This document shows, piece by piece, positions 10,773 to 21,975 of a stretch of 64,000 bases of DNA (positions within the stretch are counted from its first letter, which is position 1; each line of letters begins with the position of its first letter). Both the position numbers and the translations under genes were made by a program. The notes below the pieces were generated by a model. That model did not search any database. It saw only the letters and a program-made list of their open reading frames with translations, and was not told the DNA's origin. This DNA comes from Candidatus Poribacteria bacterium (GTDB taxonomy: Bacteria; Poribacteria; WGA-4E; JAJDTR01). The stretch lies in assembly GCA_965222225.1 (NCBI GenBank), contig CBDCTK010000002.1, forward strand, positions 1,184,001 to 1,248,000. The letters are read 5' to 3'.

Positions 10773-11585
10773 TTGACAAACAATCCTGTGGAAATGCTAG
10801 GCTCGGTTGAGAAGATAGCACGGGAAGCGGGCGAAATCTTGATGGACTATTTCGGCAGGATTGTCCAAGTGGAGTATAAGGGCATCGGCGATATTGTGAC
10901 GGAGGCGGACAAAACCTCTGAACAGTTCATCAAAACGAGCCTTGAGTCTCTATTCCCCAATGACTCTACACTTGGTGAGGAGTTTGGATTGTCCGACCTG
11001 CAGTCCGACAATTGTTGGGTTACCGATCCCCTAGACGGAACTGCCAATTATGCGGCTGGATTACCCATCTTTTCGATTGCTATAGGCCTGTTGTGCAACG
11101 GAAGCCCAATCCTAGGTGTTGTCTTTGACCCCAATACGGACCGGATGTTCAGCGCAGTGAAAGAGCAAACTGCGACGCTAAATGGCACTGCTATCCACGC
11201 GAACCGACGAGAAAAATTGGATGCTATCGGGCTATTTGGATTTTCCTCTGAGGTTATGAAAACTCTAAATCCCTTCTTGCAGAATCTTGCAAAGGGACGT
11301 TCGCTTGGCTCTGCTGCTCTCCACATCTGCGGCGTCGCTACCGGACATTTTGATGGTAGTCTCGATTATAATACAAAACTCTGGGATGTAACCGCTGCGG
11401 CAGCCATATTGGAAGCGGCAGGCGGGAGTATGACGTACCCATCCGGTGAAGCTATTTTTCCATTGCCGGCAGGTTCCCCCGCGTATCGCGGTGCTAATGT
11501 ACCTTTTTTGGCAACCAATGGAAAACTTCATGTGGAATGTGTGAACGAGCTAGTTCAAATCAGCCCTAACAGCGATAAGAATTAG
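10773..11585 (+). CDS. Inositol monophosphatase family protein
   Basis: DIVTEAD, LGEE, WVTDPLDGTANY, WDVTAA; TTG start chosen after GAGG (start uncertain). Confidence 0.9.
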   Translation: MTNNPVEMLGSVEKIAREAGEILMDYFGRIVQVEYKGIGDIVTEADKTSEQFIKTSLESLFPNDSTLGEEFGLSDLQSDNCWVTDPLDGTANYAAGLPIFSIAIGLLCNGSPILGVVFDPNTDRMFSAVKEQTATLNGTAIHANRREKLDAIGLFGFSSEVMKTLNPFLQNLAKGRSLGSAALHICGVATGHFDGSLDYNTKLWDVTAAAAILEAAGGSMTYPSGEAIFPLPAGSPAYRGANVPFLATNGKLHVECVNELVQISPNSDKN

Positions 11586-11798
11586 GGCAGGTATCATATA
11601 GATATTGTAGAACCCGCATTGTCTCGCAATCTATTTCGGATTTCTCGGTCAGCTCCACAGCGCTCCTAGAATCGGGATGTCCTGTTTTTCACATTTGGAC
11701 CGGAAACCACAAAGATGTCTGCGATTCGGGATACCATGGTCGTGGTAATTTTCCCAATTCGTACGACTCTGACAACCTTTACTACTGAGGAGATCTTT

Positions 11799-12326
11799 AT
11801 GGGAAATGTCATCTTACTAAATCCACTCGATCAAGGCGATATATCTGCCAAGTATCTCGCGCCGCGTCTAGATACCCTCAACGGTAAAACGATGGGGCTG
11901 CTCAACATCGGGAAGAATGGTAGCGATGTCTTTCTCCAACGCGTCGAAGAACTGATGTGTGAAGAATTTGATGTCGCGGAAGTTCTTCATGTCAACAAAC
12001 CGACATTCACACGACCGGCGCCCGAAGAGCTGATTATCCAACTTGCCAACCAGTGCGACTTTGTTGTTGAAGGCCTTGCTGATTGAGGTTCGTGCATATC
12101 GTGTAGTGTACACGACGGAGCAGCCTTGGAAGAACGCGGTATCCCATCCGTTGCCATCTGTTCGGAAGTATTCTTCGCGGCTGGTAAGGTCCAAGCAAAA
12201 GCACTCGGTTATAACGACCTTGAACCAATAACTGTCGGACACCCAATCCAAAGTTTGACCACAGACCAAATTCGGGGGCGGGCTGTCGGCATCGTTGAGA
12301 AAATCACCGCTGCATTGACAAGATAG
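11799..12326 (+). CDS. UGSC-family selenoprotein (in-frame UGA at 12084-12086 read as Sec)
   Basis: GAGGAG RBS + ATG; ...EGLAD-TGA-GSCISCSVHDG... continues in frame into ORF 12126-12326, giving 175 aa. Confidence 0.85.
12099..12115 (+). promoter_or_regulatory. Candidate bacterial SECIS hairpin
   Basis: TCGTGT-AGTGT-ACACGA perfect 6-bp stem starting 13 nt after the UGA. Confidence 0.55.
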
Positions 12327-12581
12327 CCGGGCTGAATCTGCGGCTCCTGAGCCAAACAATCTTAAACTCAGGAGTCCGGTGAACGGACAGACCACAAATG
12401 AACAGAAAGGCCAGTGTTTGAACCAATCTTGGCAATACAAATAAGCCACGACCAAAACAGTACCTTTTCTCGCCAATAAACACGACAACGCACATCCGAT
12501 ATGAAGATTGGTAATTTTTCGTAGTGGGCCAGTTTTGGAGATTGTATAAGCAACTGAGCGCGGAAGAGGAATGAATCGAGG

Positions 12582-13508
12582 ATGGCTAGCCAATATAAAC
12601 CAACGCTATTGGTCACCGGCGCTAGCGGTTTCGTCGGGAGGTCACTATGCAGTTCGGCGGCTGAAAATGGACATGGTGTTGTCGCATTGTCCCGTACACC
12701 GGACACTGCTAGCGCCCTACTCCCTCATGTGAAGAGGGTGGAAGCTTGGCGACCAAATACAGAGCTCGTCCCGCCTTCAACCTTATCCGACATCGGAGCT
12801 GTCGTTCATCTAGCTGGAGAAACCATCGGAGCAAGATGGAATCCTGATAAGAAACAGCGGATTCGAGAAAGTCGCGTAAACTCGACCAATCGGCTTGTAG
12901 AATCCCTATCGAAAGTTGAGCCAAAACCTGAGGTGTTGGTGTGCGCCTCAGCGATTGGATTTTATGGTGAAGGTGGTGACGAGGAATTCACAGAGGATTC
13001 CCCTCCGGGCAATGACTTCCTCGCTGAAGTCTGCCAGGATTGGGAGTTGGCGGCACAAAAGGCGGAAGCTTTGGGAATCCGTGTCGTCCGAATCCGGTTA
13101 GGCCATGTCCTTGGAAAAGATGGTGGCTTGCTTAGAACAATGCTTCCCCCATTTTACATGGGTGTGGGAGGCAGGCTAGGAAGTGGGACACAATGGATGT
13201 CATGGATTCATATTGATGATGTAGCGGGAATTTTACTATATGCCATCGAAAATCAAAACGTAAACGGCGTACTCAATGCCACGGCGCCAATCCCTATCAG
13301 AAACATTGAGTTCACAAAGACCCTTGGTCGCGTTATCCGGCGTCCAACCCTTTTTCCTGTACCCACTTTTGCGCTGAAGATGCGCTTTGGCGAGTTCACC
13401 GATTTTGTGCTCATGAGTCAGCGTGTTCTCCCGGAGAAAACCTTGTCAATGGGTTATGAATTCCGCTATGCAGATCTCGAATCGGCTTTACGGACATCTT
13501 TGGGTTGA
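12582..13508 (+). CDS. TIGR01777-family NAD-dependent epimerase (YfcH-like)
   Basis: TGASGFVG, VHLAGE, ASAIGFYG, GSGTQWMSWIHIDD, SQRVLP. Confidence 0.92.
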   Translation: MASQYKPTLLVTGASGFVGRSLCSSAAENGHGVVALSRTPDTASALLPHVKRVEAWRPNTELVPPSTLSDIGAVVHLAGETIGARWNPDKKQRIRESRVNSTNRLVESLSKVEPKPEVLVCASAIGFYGEGGDEEFTEDSPPGNDFLAEVCQDWELAAQKAEALGIRVVRIRLGHVLGKDGGLLRTMLPPFYMGVGGRLGSGTQWMSWIHIDDVAGILLYAIENQNVNGVLNATAPIPIRNIEFTKTLGRVIRRPTLFPVPTFALKMRFGEFTDFVLMSQRVLPEKTLSMGYEFRYADLESALRTSLG

Positions 13509-13589
13509 AAATCTAACAGGCAAAGTATGTGGTTAGTAAGTTGACATAGCAATGGGCTAACCCGACAGTGTCCGACCGCTCCTCGTATG

Positions 13590-14495
13590 TTAATGATGGG
13601 GCACGAGCATGTGCAATCTTATCGCAGCCTCTTGACCAATCTCCCCGCCAGTCTGAAGTTTAGTCGCCATCTCATAATCAGAGCGTGCTTGCTCAATATG
13701 TCTCAGACACTGGTAGGCAACGCCCCTGCGATAATAGACCAGTCCCAGAATCGGATGATTTTCCTCCCACATCTGAATCTCGGCAGTTGCGAGTTCAATG
13801 ACTTTGAGATAGTCTGATTCTGCATTTTGTCGCTGATCTAAGCGTTCATAAGTTTCTCCACGGTGAAGGTACGCCTCCGCAAACTCTGGCTCTATCTCTA
13901 TCCCCCTGTTAAAATCATCAAGTGCTAGTTCGTTCTCTTGTAGCCGCATAAAGGCTCGTCCCCGCTGGTAATATCCGGCCGCACCGCCATCTTTGCGCTG
14001 GATAACTGCGGTATAATCTGAAAGCGCACGCTGCTCTTCGCCAATCTGCAGATATACTTCTGCCCTTTTCCATATGACAAACGCCGCCCATCTTTCCTCA
14101 ATTGATGCTGTGTAATCTGTGATGGCTTGATGATAATCTCTTAACTCTCGATAGGCATCGCCACGACTATAATACGCTTCTGCTTCGTATCGCTTTAACT
14201 TAAGCACCTGATCGTAATCTGCAATTGCTTTACGGTATTCCCCAAGGCGGTAGTATGCGAGGCCCCTTCGGATTACGGCAAGAGCATGTTTCGGATTCTT
14301 CTCAATCGCGCGTGTAAAGGCGTGGACTGCGCCTTGATAATCATGATTCGAACCTTGCAGCAGGGAGGTTCCCTCGTTGACATATTCTACGACCATTGGG
14401 TCCTCCCCTTTGAGGCGCCCCCAACTGACAAACCGCGAGGCGAGCAGCATGCAGATAATCAACAGGGGCGTCATTATCCAAATCAGCGCGCGCAT
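13590..14495 (-). CDS. Membrane-anchored TPR protein
   Basis: AAGGAG RBS, N-terminal hydrophobic segment, repeated A.YY.RG..Y..L.....A..DY units. Confidence 0.88.
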   Translation of the reverse strand: MRALIWIMTPLLIICMLLASRFVSWGRLKGEDPMVVEYVNEGTSLLQGSNHDYQGAVHAFTRAIEKNPKHALAVIRRGLAYYRLGEYRKAIADYDQVLKLKRYEAEAYYSRGDAYRELRDYHQAITDYTASIEERWAAFVIWKRAEVYLQIGEEQRALSDYTAVIQRKDGGAAGYYQRGRAFMRLQENELALDDFNRGIEIEPEFAEAYLHRGETYERLDQRQNAESDYLKVIELATAEIQMWEENHPILGLVYYRRGVAYQCLRHIEQARSDYEMATKLQTGGEIGQEAAIRLHMLVPHH

Positions 14496-14907
14496 CCGTT
14501 CTCCTTTTGCGACATATAGTGTGAGGGAATTCAACGTGAGCATTCGCCTGGAAATTGGGTTGCTGTGTTATCGGGCAACTGCATCCGTTCAACCGAAAAT
14601 GCCCACCGCTCACCGCATGCGAACTTATCTTATGATACTCTATCTATAGTCGAACAAACAATTGGAATCGGATGGCTACAGCCATCCTTCAAATTCCAAA
14701 TCCGCAAAAGATCTCTGGAGATTTTAGCAAGAACGAATCTCTTTATGAACGCATCGTCTTAGAACTCTACATCGATCCACATCGGGATTGCACCGCCTGT
14801 GTGAGAATTAACCCGGCGCTTGATTCGCTCCATCCGAAATTACCGGTTTGACTTCTTATCGCGTTTGATGTATTATTGTTAGGCGAAATCTTCTCAGGAA
14901 TTCAATC

Positions 14908-15444
14908 GTGACCGACACAAATCAAGACAATTCTCATGCCCATGATGATGCTGGGACCCAGTTTCGTTTTTGCCCAAAATGCGCAGCGCGACTCGAAGAT
15001 CGGTTCATAGAACAGCGCCGTCGCCAAGCATGCACGGCATGTGATTTTATCTTCTATCGAGATCCCAAGCCGGTAGCGGGAATATTAGCGCTGAAAGACG
15101 GGAAGATTCTGCTGATTCAACGTGGAAACGAACCTAAACGCGGTTTCTGGAGTTTTCCAACCGGTTTCATTGACATCGGCGACACGCCGGAAGAGACTGC
15201 AATTCGTGAAGCCAAAGAAGAAGCGGACGTTGAGGTAGAACTAGACCGGCTTTTGGGTGTTTACTCCGACATGGAGCGGACAGTCGTGTTAATTGTGTAT
15301 GTCGGCAGGATTGTTTCCGGTGCCCCAAAGGGAAGTGCAGAAGCGCTTGACGCTAGTTTGTTTGATTTCCAATCCCTACCAGAACTCGCATTTGACCATG
15401 ATTATCGGATTCTGGGGGACTTGTTTGACGCGATGATGAAATGA
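14908..15444 (+). CDS. NUDIX hydrolase with N-terminal zinc ribbon
   Basis: FCPKC...CTAC and Nudix box GFIDIGDTPEETAIREAKEEAD. Confidence 0.92.
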   Translation: MTDTNQDNSHAHDDAGTQFRFCPKCAARLEDRFIEQRRRQACTACDFIFYRDPKPVAGILALKDGKILLIQRGNEPKRGFWSFPTGFIDIGDTPEETAIREAKEEADVEVELDRLLGVYSDMERTVVLIVYVGRIVSGAPKGSAEALDASLFDFQSLPELAFDHDYRILGDLFDAMMK

Positions 15445-15537
15445 CGCAAAACTACGTTCTCAGTGGTGAAAAACCGCTGGCAGCATGCCGGAAGAATGAC
15501 CATTAGGCAAAATATCTTCTGTGTAAGGAGACAGTGA

Positions 15538-16887
15538 ATGCCAACAATTCTGGAAAAATATGCGGAAGCGTTTCAGAGGCACGAAGAATTGTCGCGCCAA
15601 GCGAGTCAGATTTTTCCTGACGGTGTCACACATGACAGTCGGCACGCAGATCCATTTCCTATTTATATTGATCGAGCAGAGGGATCGAAGAAGTGGGGTG
15701 TTGACGGGACAGAGTTCATCGATTACTGGGCTGGCCATGGCGCCCTACTGTTAGGTCATGGTCATCCCGCAATTGTCAACGCGGTGAAACACCAGATGGA
15801 ACGAGGCACTCACTACGGTGCATGTCATCCGCTTGAACTCGAGTGGGCAGGCTTGGTGAAGGAGCTCATCCCGTCCGCCGAGCGCGTGCGTTTTGTAAGT
15901 TCAGGCACGGAAGCCACTTTGATGGGGTTACGTCTGTCGCGTACTTTTACCGGAAAAAACAAGCTGTTAAAATTTGCGGGACATTTTCACGGTTGGCACG
16001 ATTTTGTCATTCAGGATGCGCAGCCACCCTTTGGGAAAGCCGTCCCTGGTATTCCGCCAGAAGTTCTAGACACAACCGTGATTTGCCCGCCAAACGACAT
16101 CGCCGCGGTTGATAGGTGTTTGCAAACGGATTCGGACATTGCTTGTATTATTTTAGAGCCGACAGGTGGTTCCTCTGGAACAATTCCGACCAAAGGCGAG
16201 TTCTTACGACAACTGCGCGAAGTCACTCATCATTATGGCGTTGTCTTGATCTTTGACGAGGTGATTACCGGTTTTCGAGTGGCGCCCGGAGGGGCGCAAG
16301 ATTACTACGGCGTTACCCCGGATTTAACGAGTCTAGCCAAAATCGTGGCGGGGGGGCTGCCCGGCGGCGCTCTCGTCGGCAAGAAGGAAATCTTAAACCT
16401 GATATCGATTAGAGAGCAGGACGCCTCCGACGAGCGCAAGAAAATGCCCCACCCTGGAACTTTCAACGCCAATCCCCTAACTGCATCCGCCGCAATCGCA
16501 ATGTTAAACATTGTTAAAACAGGCGAACCCCACCGACACGTAAATCGTACGGCTGCCGACTTGCGAGACGGATTCAACGATGTCATAGACAGACACGGTC
16601 TCGATTGGGCATCTTACGGCGATTTTTCGTGCATCAAGATGCTTCTCGGACACGGGGAGAAGGTCCGTGCCAAAGACTTCAACCCACATGAATGGGACTA
16701 TCGTAGATTGAAAACCGCGAGTCAGCCTGACCTGATGATGAATCTACGCTGTGGCATGTTACTTAATGGAATTGATTTCCCCGGTAACGGTATGACAACG
16801 GCGGCTCACTCTGACGAAGATATCCAACAAACAGTCGCTGCGCTCGATCAAACCATCAACTGGATGAAAGAAGACGGACTGATATAA
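15538..16887 (+). CDS. Class III PLP aminotransferase (glutamate-1-semialdehyde aminomutase-like)
   Basis: SSGTEAT, FHGWHD, LIFDEVITGFR, AKIVAGG, HPGTFNANP. Confidence 0.9.
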   Translation: MPTILEKYAEAFQRHEELSRQASQIFPDGVTHDSRHADPFPIYIDRAEGSKKWGVDGTEFIDYWAGHGALLLGHGHPAIVNAVKHQMERGTHYGACHPLELEWAGLVKELIPSAERVRFVSSGTEATLMGLRLSRTFTGKNKLLKFAGHFHGWHDFVIQDAQPPFGKAVPGIPPEVLDTTVICPPNDIAAVDRCLQTDSDIACIILEPTGGSSGTIPTKGEFLRQLREVTHHYGVVLIFDEVITGFRVAPGGAQDYYGVTPDLTSLAKIVAGGLPGGALVGKKEILNLISIREQDASDERKKMPHPGTFNANPLTASAAIAMLNIVKTGEPHRHVNRTAADLRDGFNDVIDRHGLDWASYGDFSCIKMLLGHGEKVRAKDFNPHEWDYRRLKTASQPDLMMNLRCGMLLNGIDFPGNGMTTAAHSDEDIQQTVAALDQTINWMKEDGLI

Positions 16888-17028
16888 TGTGAAACCAACC
16901 ACCAATTGGCGAGAACCGGGTTTATACCATTTCCTTTGAATAATATTGCGTATGATGTTTTTCAAATATACTGTTATGAAAAGACCGATACCAACCATTA
17001 CCCAGCACACCAAATCCCGTAGGCGGGG

Positions 17029-17062
17029 ATCAAGCGAACGGATAGTGAGTGCGATAGAGATC
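17029..17062 (+). repeat. 34-bp variable-slot unit inside a GTAG-type hairpin
   Basis: ATCAA GC GA AC GGAT A GT GA GT GCGATAG AG ATC between GTAGGCGGGG and CCCCGC. Confidence 0.85.
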
Positions 17063-17342
17063 TTCTTGCCCCGCATTGGTAAGATTTGATTAACGCTATT
17101 AATGCACTTCAAATATAGAGAAATGGCATTAATAACCTAGAAAACCGTTACTAAATACGTGGCTTCCCGAATTGACATAGCGGGCTCAAGGCCTAGAGTT
17201 GCGATTTAATCCTAAGTTGCCCGGTATTTTTCATCAGACCTTCAAAGCCCAGTGTGTTGATAAATACGAAATGGCACTTCGGGGTTACAATCTCAGTCTT
17301 CCCTCGTTTCCCCTATGTACAAATTGAGCTAATAAGAGAGAA

Positions 17343-17843
17343 TTGTATCAGATGAACGCGGATGAAAAACAGGCAAAAGAGGAGGCACTGTTGTATTGGC
17401 AGGAGGCGCTAGAGTATCAAATGCGCGGGGAATTAGCCGATGCAATTGAGCTATACCTGAAATCTATCCAACTTCATCCCACTGCCGAAGCACACACCTA
17501 TCTCGGTTGGGCGTATTCTATGATGGGACGAATCCATGACGCGATTGATGAGTGCAAAGAAGCCATCGCAATCGATCCCGATTTCGGCAACCCATACAAC
17601 GACATCGGCGCATCTCTGATAGAACTCGGTGAACACGATGCGGCGATACCTTGGCTTGAGAAAGCGATTGTCGCTCCCCGGTATGAGGCACGGGCGCACC
17701 CCTTCATGAACCTTGGGCGGGTTTTTGAACACCGATTCGAGTGGTCGAAAGCCATTGCAAGTTACAGACGGGCGTTGGAGGAAAGTCCCGATTACAAAAT
17801 AGCGCTTGTAGCGATGAAGAAACTGCAAGCGAAGCTGAATTGA
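17343..17843 (+). CDS. TPR protein
   Basis: PTAEAHTYLGWAYS..G....AI.EC..AI.IDPDFGNPYNDIG. Confidence 0.9.
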   Translation: MYQMNADEKQAKEEALLYWQEALEYQMRGELADAIELYLKSIQLHPTAEAHTYLGWAYSMMGRIHDAIDECKEAIAIDPDFGNPYNDIGASLIELGEHDAAIPWLEKAIVAPRYEARAHPFMNLGRVFEHRFEWSKAIASYRRALEESPDYKIALVAMKKLQAKLN

Positions 17844-18037
17844 ACCCGCCTCTAGAACTCACCGCTAATAGCTTCTGACAGAATCAGTTTAAGTCTGAGA
17901 GCAGGGCAACCAATACTTCGTCCCAGAAGTGTCGTACAACTAATTATATTCCCACCATAGCACAGGTTAACGTGACCCCGTTGCACGGTGCCACCGCATC
18001 GCCAAATAATACTTTTTCCCCACGAAGAGACAACGCC

Positions 18038-19621
18038 ATGAACGCAAAAATAAAGGGTTGTGCCGATGCTCCCAAAACTCGGGCGTTTGCCGACCGTAAG
18101 CGAGAGCGCCATCCTACTTTCGAGCCAGAGGCATTCCGCCAACTAACCGGCACCGACCTAATTGCGTCGAAGATTGGCTACGGCTCCTACCGCGTTGACC
18201 ACCGATTCGATGAACATACAGCAACCCTTCACAAAGCGATTCAAGCCGGCTGTAATCTAATTGATACTTCAAGCAACTACACCGATGGAGGCAGCGAAAC
18301 GTTGATTGGGAATGTCTTGAGCGAACAGATTTCGGCAGGGAAAATTGAGCGAAGCGAGATTGTCGTTGTTTCGAAGGTTGGCTACATTCAGGGGCAGAAT
18401 CTAGACGAAGCAATGCGGCGTGAAGGAGATGGAGAACCTTGGGAAGAGGTTGTCAAGTACATGGATGGGTGTTGGCATTGTATTCACCCCGATTTCCTTG
18501 CGGATCAGTGGAGGCGTAGTTCGGACCGGCTGCAGCTCGAGACTATCGACATTTACCTGCTGCATAATCCGGAATACTTTCTCTCGGATTCGCACAAACG
18601 AAGCCCTCGCGCTAATCTTGATGAGATTCGGGACATCTTTTATGATCGTATTTGCCGTGCATTCGTACAAATGGAACAATTCGTGGAGGAGGGTAAAATT
18701 CGTTACTATGGCATATCATCCAACACCTTCCCTTCGCCAAAAGGGGACTTTGAACACGTTTCCCTCCAGCGCTGTTATGACGCCGCTTGCGACGCGGCGA
18801 GAAGGGCACATGGTACTCAAGGTGAGAACTACTTCAAAATTCTCCAACTCCCGTATAATCTTTTTGAACATACCGCGTTATCGGAGTTCAACAACACAAT
18901 CAATGGAAATGATATGACGGTGCTTGAGGGGGCAAAAGCACTTGGGATTGGTGTGTTGGTGAATCGTCCACTCAATGCTGTGAAAGGCAATCAGATGGTA
19001 CGTCTAGCACAGTATCCTCACAATCCTGAGCTTGATTATCAGGATGCAATTGACAATGAGGTCCGAGCGCTTGATAAGACGGAAAATCGGTTGCAAATGA
19101 CGTTGAAGGATTGGGGGATTTTTTCTCAATTGAGCACGTCGGCTAACTCGACGCTGTTTTATGACCTCGCACAAAAGCTGCCTAGATTCATGCCCCAAAT
19201 TCAAAACCGAGACCACTGGGAGCAAATTGCTCAACAATACCTGATTCCCCTGATTCACACCTATCTGGGCCAAACGATTGAAGCATGCCCAGATACTCGT
19301 CAAGCCGAGTGGCGAGACATGCAGGGGGAATATGTCGGAGCAATTAATAGGTTGCTTTCACTCGTCTCGGGTAATTTCAATCGCATGGCATCAGTGCAGA
19401 TGGAACCGATCTCAAAGGCATTGAATCAATTGCTGGCAAACCAAGAAAGAAAGCTAACCTTATCGCAAAAAGCGCTGAACTTTGTCACTTCATCGCCAGG
19501 GGTGTCGGTGGTGTTGAACGGGATGAAACGCGGCGAATATGTCGCCGATGCCATGGGGTTACTGAGCATTCCGGCTTTTACACAGTCAGTCGAGAACCTG
19601 ATAAAAGCCATTGAAGAATGA
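18038..19621 (+). CDS. Aldo/keto reductase family protein with helical insertion
   Basis: IGYGSYR, LIDTSSNYTDGGSE, VVVSKVGY, IYLLHNPE, GKIRYYGISSN. Confidence 0.88.
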   Translation: MNAKIKGCADAPKTRAFADRKRERHPTFEPEAFRQLTGTDLIASKIGYGSYRVDHRFDEHTATLHKAIQAGCNLIDTSSNYTDGGSETLIGNVLSEQISAGKIERSEIVVVSKVGYIQGQNLDEAMRREGDGEPWEEVVKYMDGCWHCIHPDFLADQWRRSSDRLQLETIDIYLLHNPEYFLSDSHKRSPRANLDEIRDIFYDRICRAFVQMEQFVEEGKIRYYGISSNTFPSPKGDFEHVSLQRCYDAACDAARRAHGTQGENYFKILQLPYNLFEHTALSEFNNTINGNDMTVLEGAKALGIGVLVNRPLNAVKGNQMVRLAQYPHNPELDYQDAIDNEVRALDKTENRLQMTLKDWGIFSQLSTSANSTLFYDLAQKLPRFMPQIQNRDHWEQIAQQYLIPLIHTYLGQTIEACPDTRQAEWRDMQGEYVGAINRLLSLVSGNFNRMASVQMEPISKALNQLLANQERKLTLSQKALNFVTSSPGVSVVLNGMKRGEYVADAMGLLSIPAFTQSVENLIKAIEE

Positions 19622-19900
19622 GACGTTAGCTCACCACCATCAGCTTGTCGTCTTTGATGTTTCAATGGGCGTCTACGAGATTCATTTCCTAATCAACATT
19701 CTGAAGAGCGGACTGAAAAATAAAGTATCAATCAAATTAGACGAGATGTTTACGCCGACAATAGAACGGGGATGCCTCCAGACCGTGCGATGAACACTGG
19801 AAACACGGCGGTAGCACTCACTGACGCGATGAAATACGGGTTGAAACTTGATTGATGAGGCATCCAATCTTAATGAAAATCAAGAAAGATAAAAACATTA

Positions 19901-21149
19901 GGGACTTAGTAGTTAACTGCTTTTTGGTCGATTTGCTTGCTTTTCTCTTCTTAATGTACAATCATTTTAGACAGTGTTCGGAATCTTGATTCACACTAAA
20001 ATACATCTCTATAAGAGAGAAATGGAGGCATATCATGTTGACCAAGCGTTTGTACATGCTCGCGGGAGCATTGCGGGTTATCTGCGGGATTTTAATTTCC
20101 AACACTATGGGATTTTCAGCACACCATGATGTTGTCGTTGACAGAATATACCGATAGCCAAACAATTCATGTGGCTCAGGTGAAGCATTCATCAAAAAAT
20201 CTTATGAAAATCTCATCATCTTTTCTGCGATTATATTTCCAGCAAGACTCCATGATATACAGTGGCAGCCACTTCTTGCTGTAGTGATGATGCGTTCCGT
20301 AGAATGACCTCTTGACACAAGCCCAAAACGACTCGATGGTGTTGGTGTGAGTTACGCCGTCCTCAGAAACATATCTCTCTTGGTGATGGATAACATGTCT
20401 TTCGATATCTTCGTCCAGACTATTGTAAGAGCGAAATTCATCAGTCATAAGAATAGACTCATCGGGTGAGACATTGCTAAGGATGAATTCTCTGATATTT
20501 TCACCAGATAGAACCTTCATGAATTTAGCAACCACCCGACCGCCTCTCTCGACTACGCCGATGACGGGAGATTTATTTGTGCCTCTACCTCTCTTAGATT
20601 TTGCTCTGGGTTTGCCGCCGACATAGGTTTCGTCCGCTTCAACTATCCCTTTCAGCAATTCATCACTATCACTCATTTTCTCACGGAGGCGCATTGCCAT
20701 ATACCAAGCGGACTTTTGATTCATGTCCAAGTCACGAGCAAGCTGACAACTCGATATGCTTTTCTTGGCATTGGAAAGAATTGAGATAGCCAAAAACCAT
20801 TTCTGGAGAGGTATCTTGGTACCATGGAAGATGGTTCCTGCTGTAGCCGAAAAGCTAGATTCACAATCGTAGCAATTCCAACCAGTAGTAATGTCGTTTT
20901 TGTTCTTGCGTCCAACTTTTTCACTGCCACAGTGGATACAGCAAACACCGTCCTTCCAACGTTTTTCCTCTATAAATCTGAGACAAGATTCTTGATTTGG
21001 AAACTCTTTCATAAGATTCAAAATGTCCATAGCAAACTCCTACGAGAAGAATAGTCACTATGGACATCTACGTGTGACGAAAAGATTTACGACAGGGTAC
21101 CAAGTTTTATGTTTGTCGTCAGTCTAAAAGCTACAAGCTACTAATTCCG
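19901..21149 (-). mobile_element. IS1595-family insertion sequence, complete
   Basis: Imperfect 24-bp terminal IRs; 8-bp TSD AAACATTA at 19893-19900 and 21150-21157. Confidence 0.92.
20176..21030 (-). CDS. IS1595-family DDE transposase
   Basis: Zn ribbon CIHC..CYDC, HTH, VEADETYVGG, LMTDE, HTNTIESFW. Confidence 0.95.
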   Translation of the reverse strand: MDILNLMKEFPNQESCLRFIEEKRWKDGVCCIHCGSEKVGRKNKNDITTGWNCYDCESSFSATAGTIFHGTKIPLQKWFLAISILSNAKKSISSCQLARDLDMNQKSAWYMAMRLREKMSDSDELLKGIVEADETYVGGKPRAKSKRGRGTNKSPVIGVVERGGRVVAKFMKVLSGENIREFILSNVSPDESILMTDEFRSYNSLDEDIERHVIHHQERYVSEDGVTHTNTIESFWACVKRSFYGTHHHYSKKWLPLYIMESCWKYNRRKDDEIFIRFFDECFT

Positions 21150-21975
21150 AAACATTATTAAGCAATTCGCGGCGTATCTGCGAGAAAACGGGTATTCAGA
21201 TCTTAAGATCGATCGATGGCCGGATGAAGAGAATTCGACAACCCCCGACATTGACGCAGTTGCCGGGCCGTTTGCGATTGAGCACACAAGCATTGATACA
21301 TACTCGAATCAACGCAAATATGAGGATTGGTTCTTGCAAGCCATTGACAATCTTAAATCAGAATTGGCTGGACAACTCACATTTAACCTGTTGGTAACTT
21401 TTAGGCATGAAGAATTTACCCAACGCCAAAACTGGCTAACAATTCGTAACGCACTAAAGCGTTTTATTCTTGAAGATGTCCCCCACCTCGGGTCGGGAGA
21501 CCACGAGTTCGACGACATTCCAAGTATTCCCTTCACTGTTCGTGTGAAAAAGTGTAGCCAACCTCCGTTCTGTCTTTGGTTTCAGCGGTCTTGTCCCGAA
21601 GAATTGAGTCCTGGATTACCCCCGAGTCAAGTCAATACGCGACCGCCTGTTACTGGTAACTTTAGGGCACAGCTTGAAAAAAAGGCGGAGAAACTCGCTC
21701 CGTACAAGATTTGTGCGAAGACTACGGTATCCTCATTGAGAGCGGTGATTACGCCTTCATGACCCGTCGGATAATGCTGAGTTGGATAAAGGGGGAATTC
21801 CCCAACGATCTTCCTGATGGAGTAGAACAGATATGGTACGCCGCTAGATATAATGACTCGGACTTCGACTTTAAGGATTTCACTTCGGATATAAGGCGCA
21901 GTTATTGACGCGATGCAAAAGCGGATTGAAAAACAAGCCTTTGGATAGGCCACAGCATGTGAGGAGAATTAAAAG

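Larger units (their letters stand above)
19873..21908 (+). pseudogene. Putative PD-(D/E)xK-like protein interrupted by IS1595 and frameshifted
   Basis: Removing the IS and one TSD restores MKIKKDKNIIKQFAAYLRENG...WPDEENSTTPDIDAVAGPFAIEHTSID..., in frame with ORF 21334; second break near 21728. Confidence 0.7.

Noticed and set aside
17029-17062. Protein-coding origin of the 34-bp unit
   Set aside because: Variable positions come in pairs with 4- and 11-nt spacing, not third-codon wobble, and all copies are intergenic.
19962-20195. Passenger gene in IS1595
   Set aside because: Short ORF with no recognisable motif or RBS; cannot be supported.
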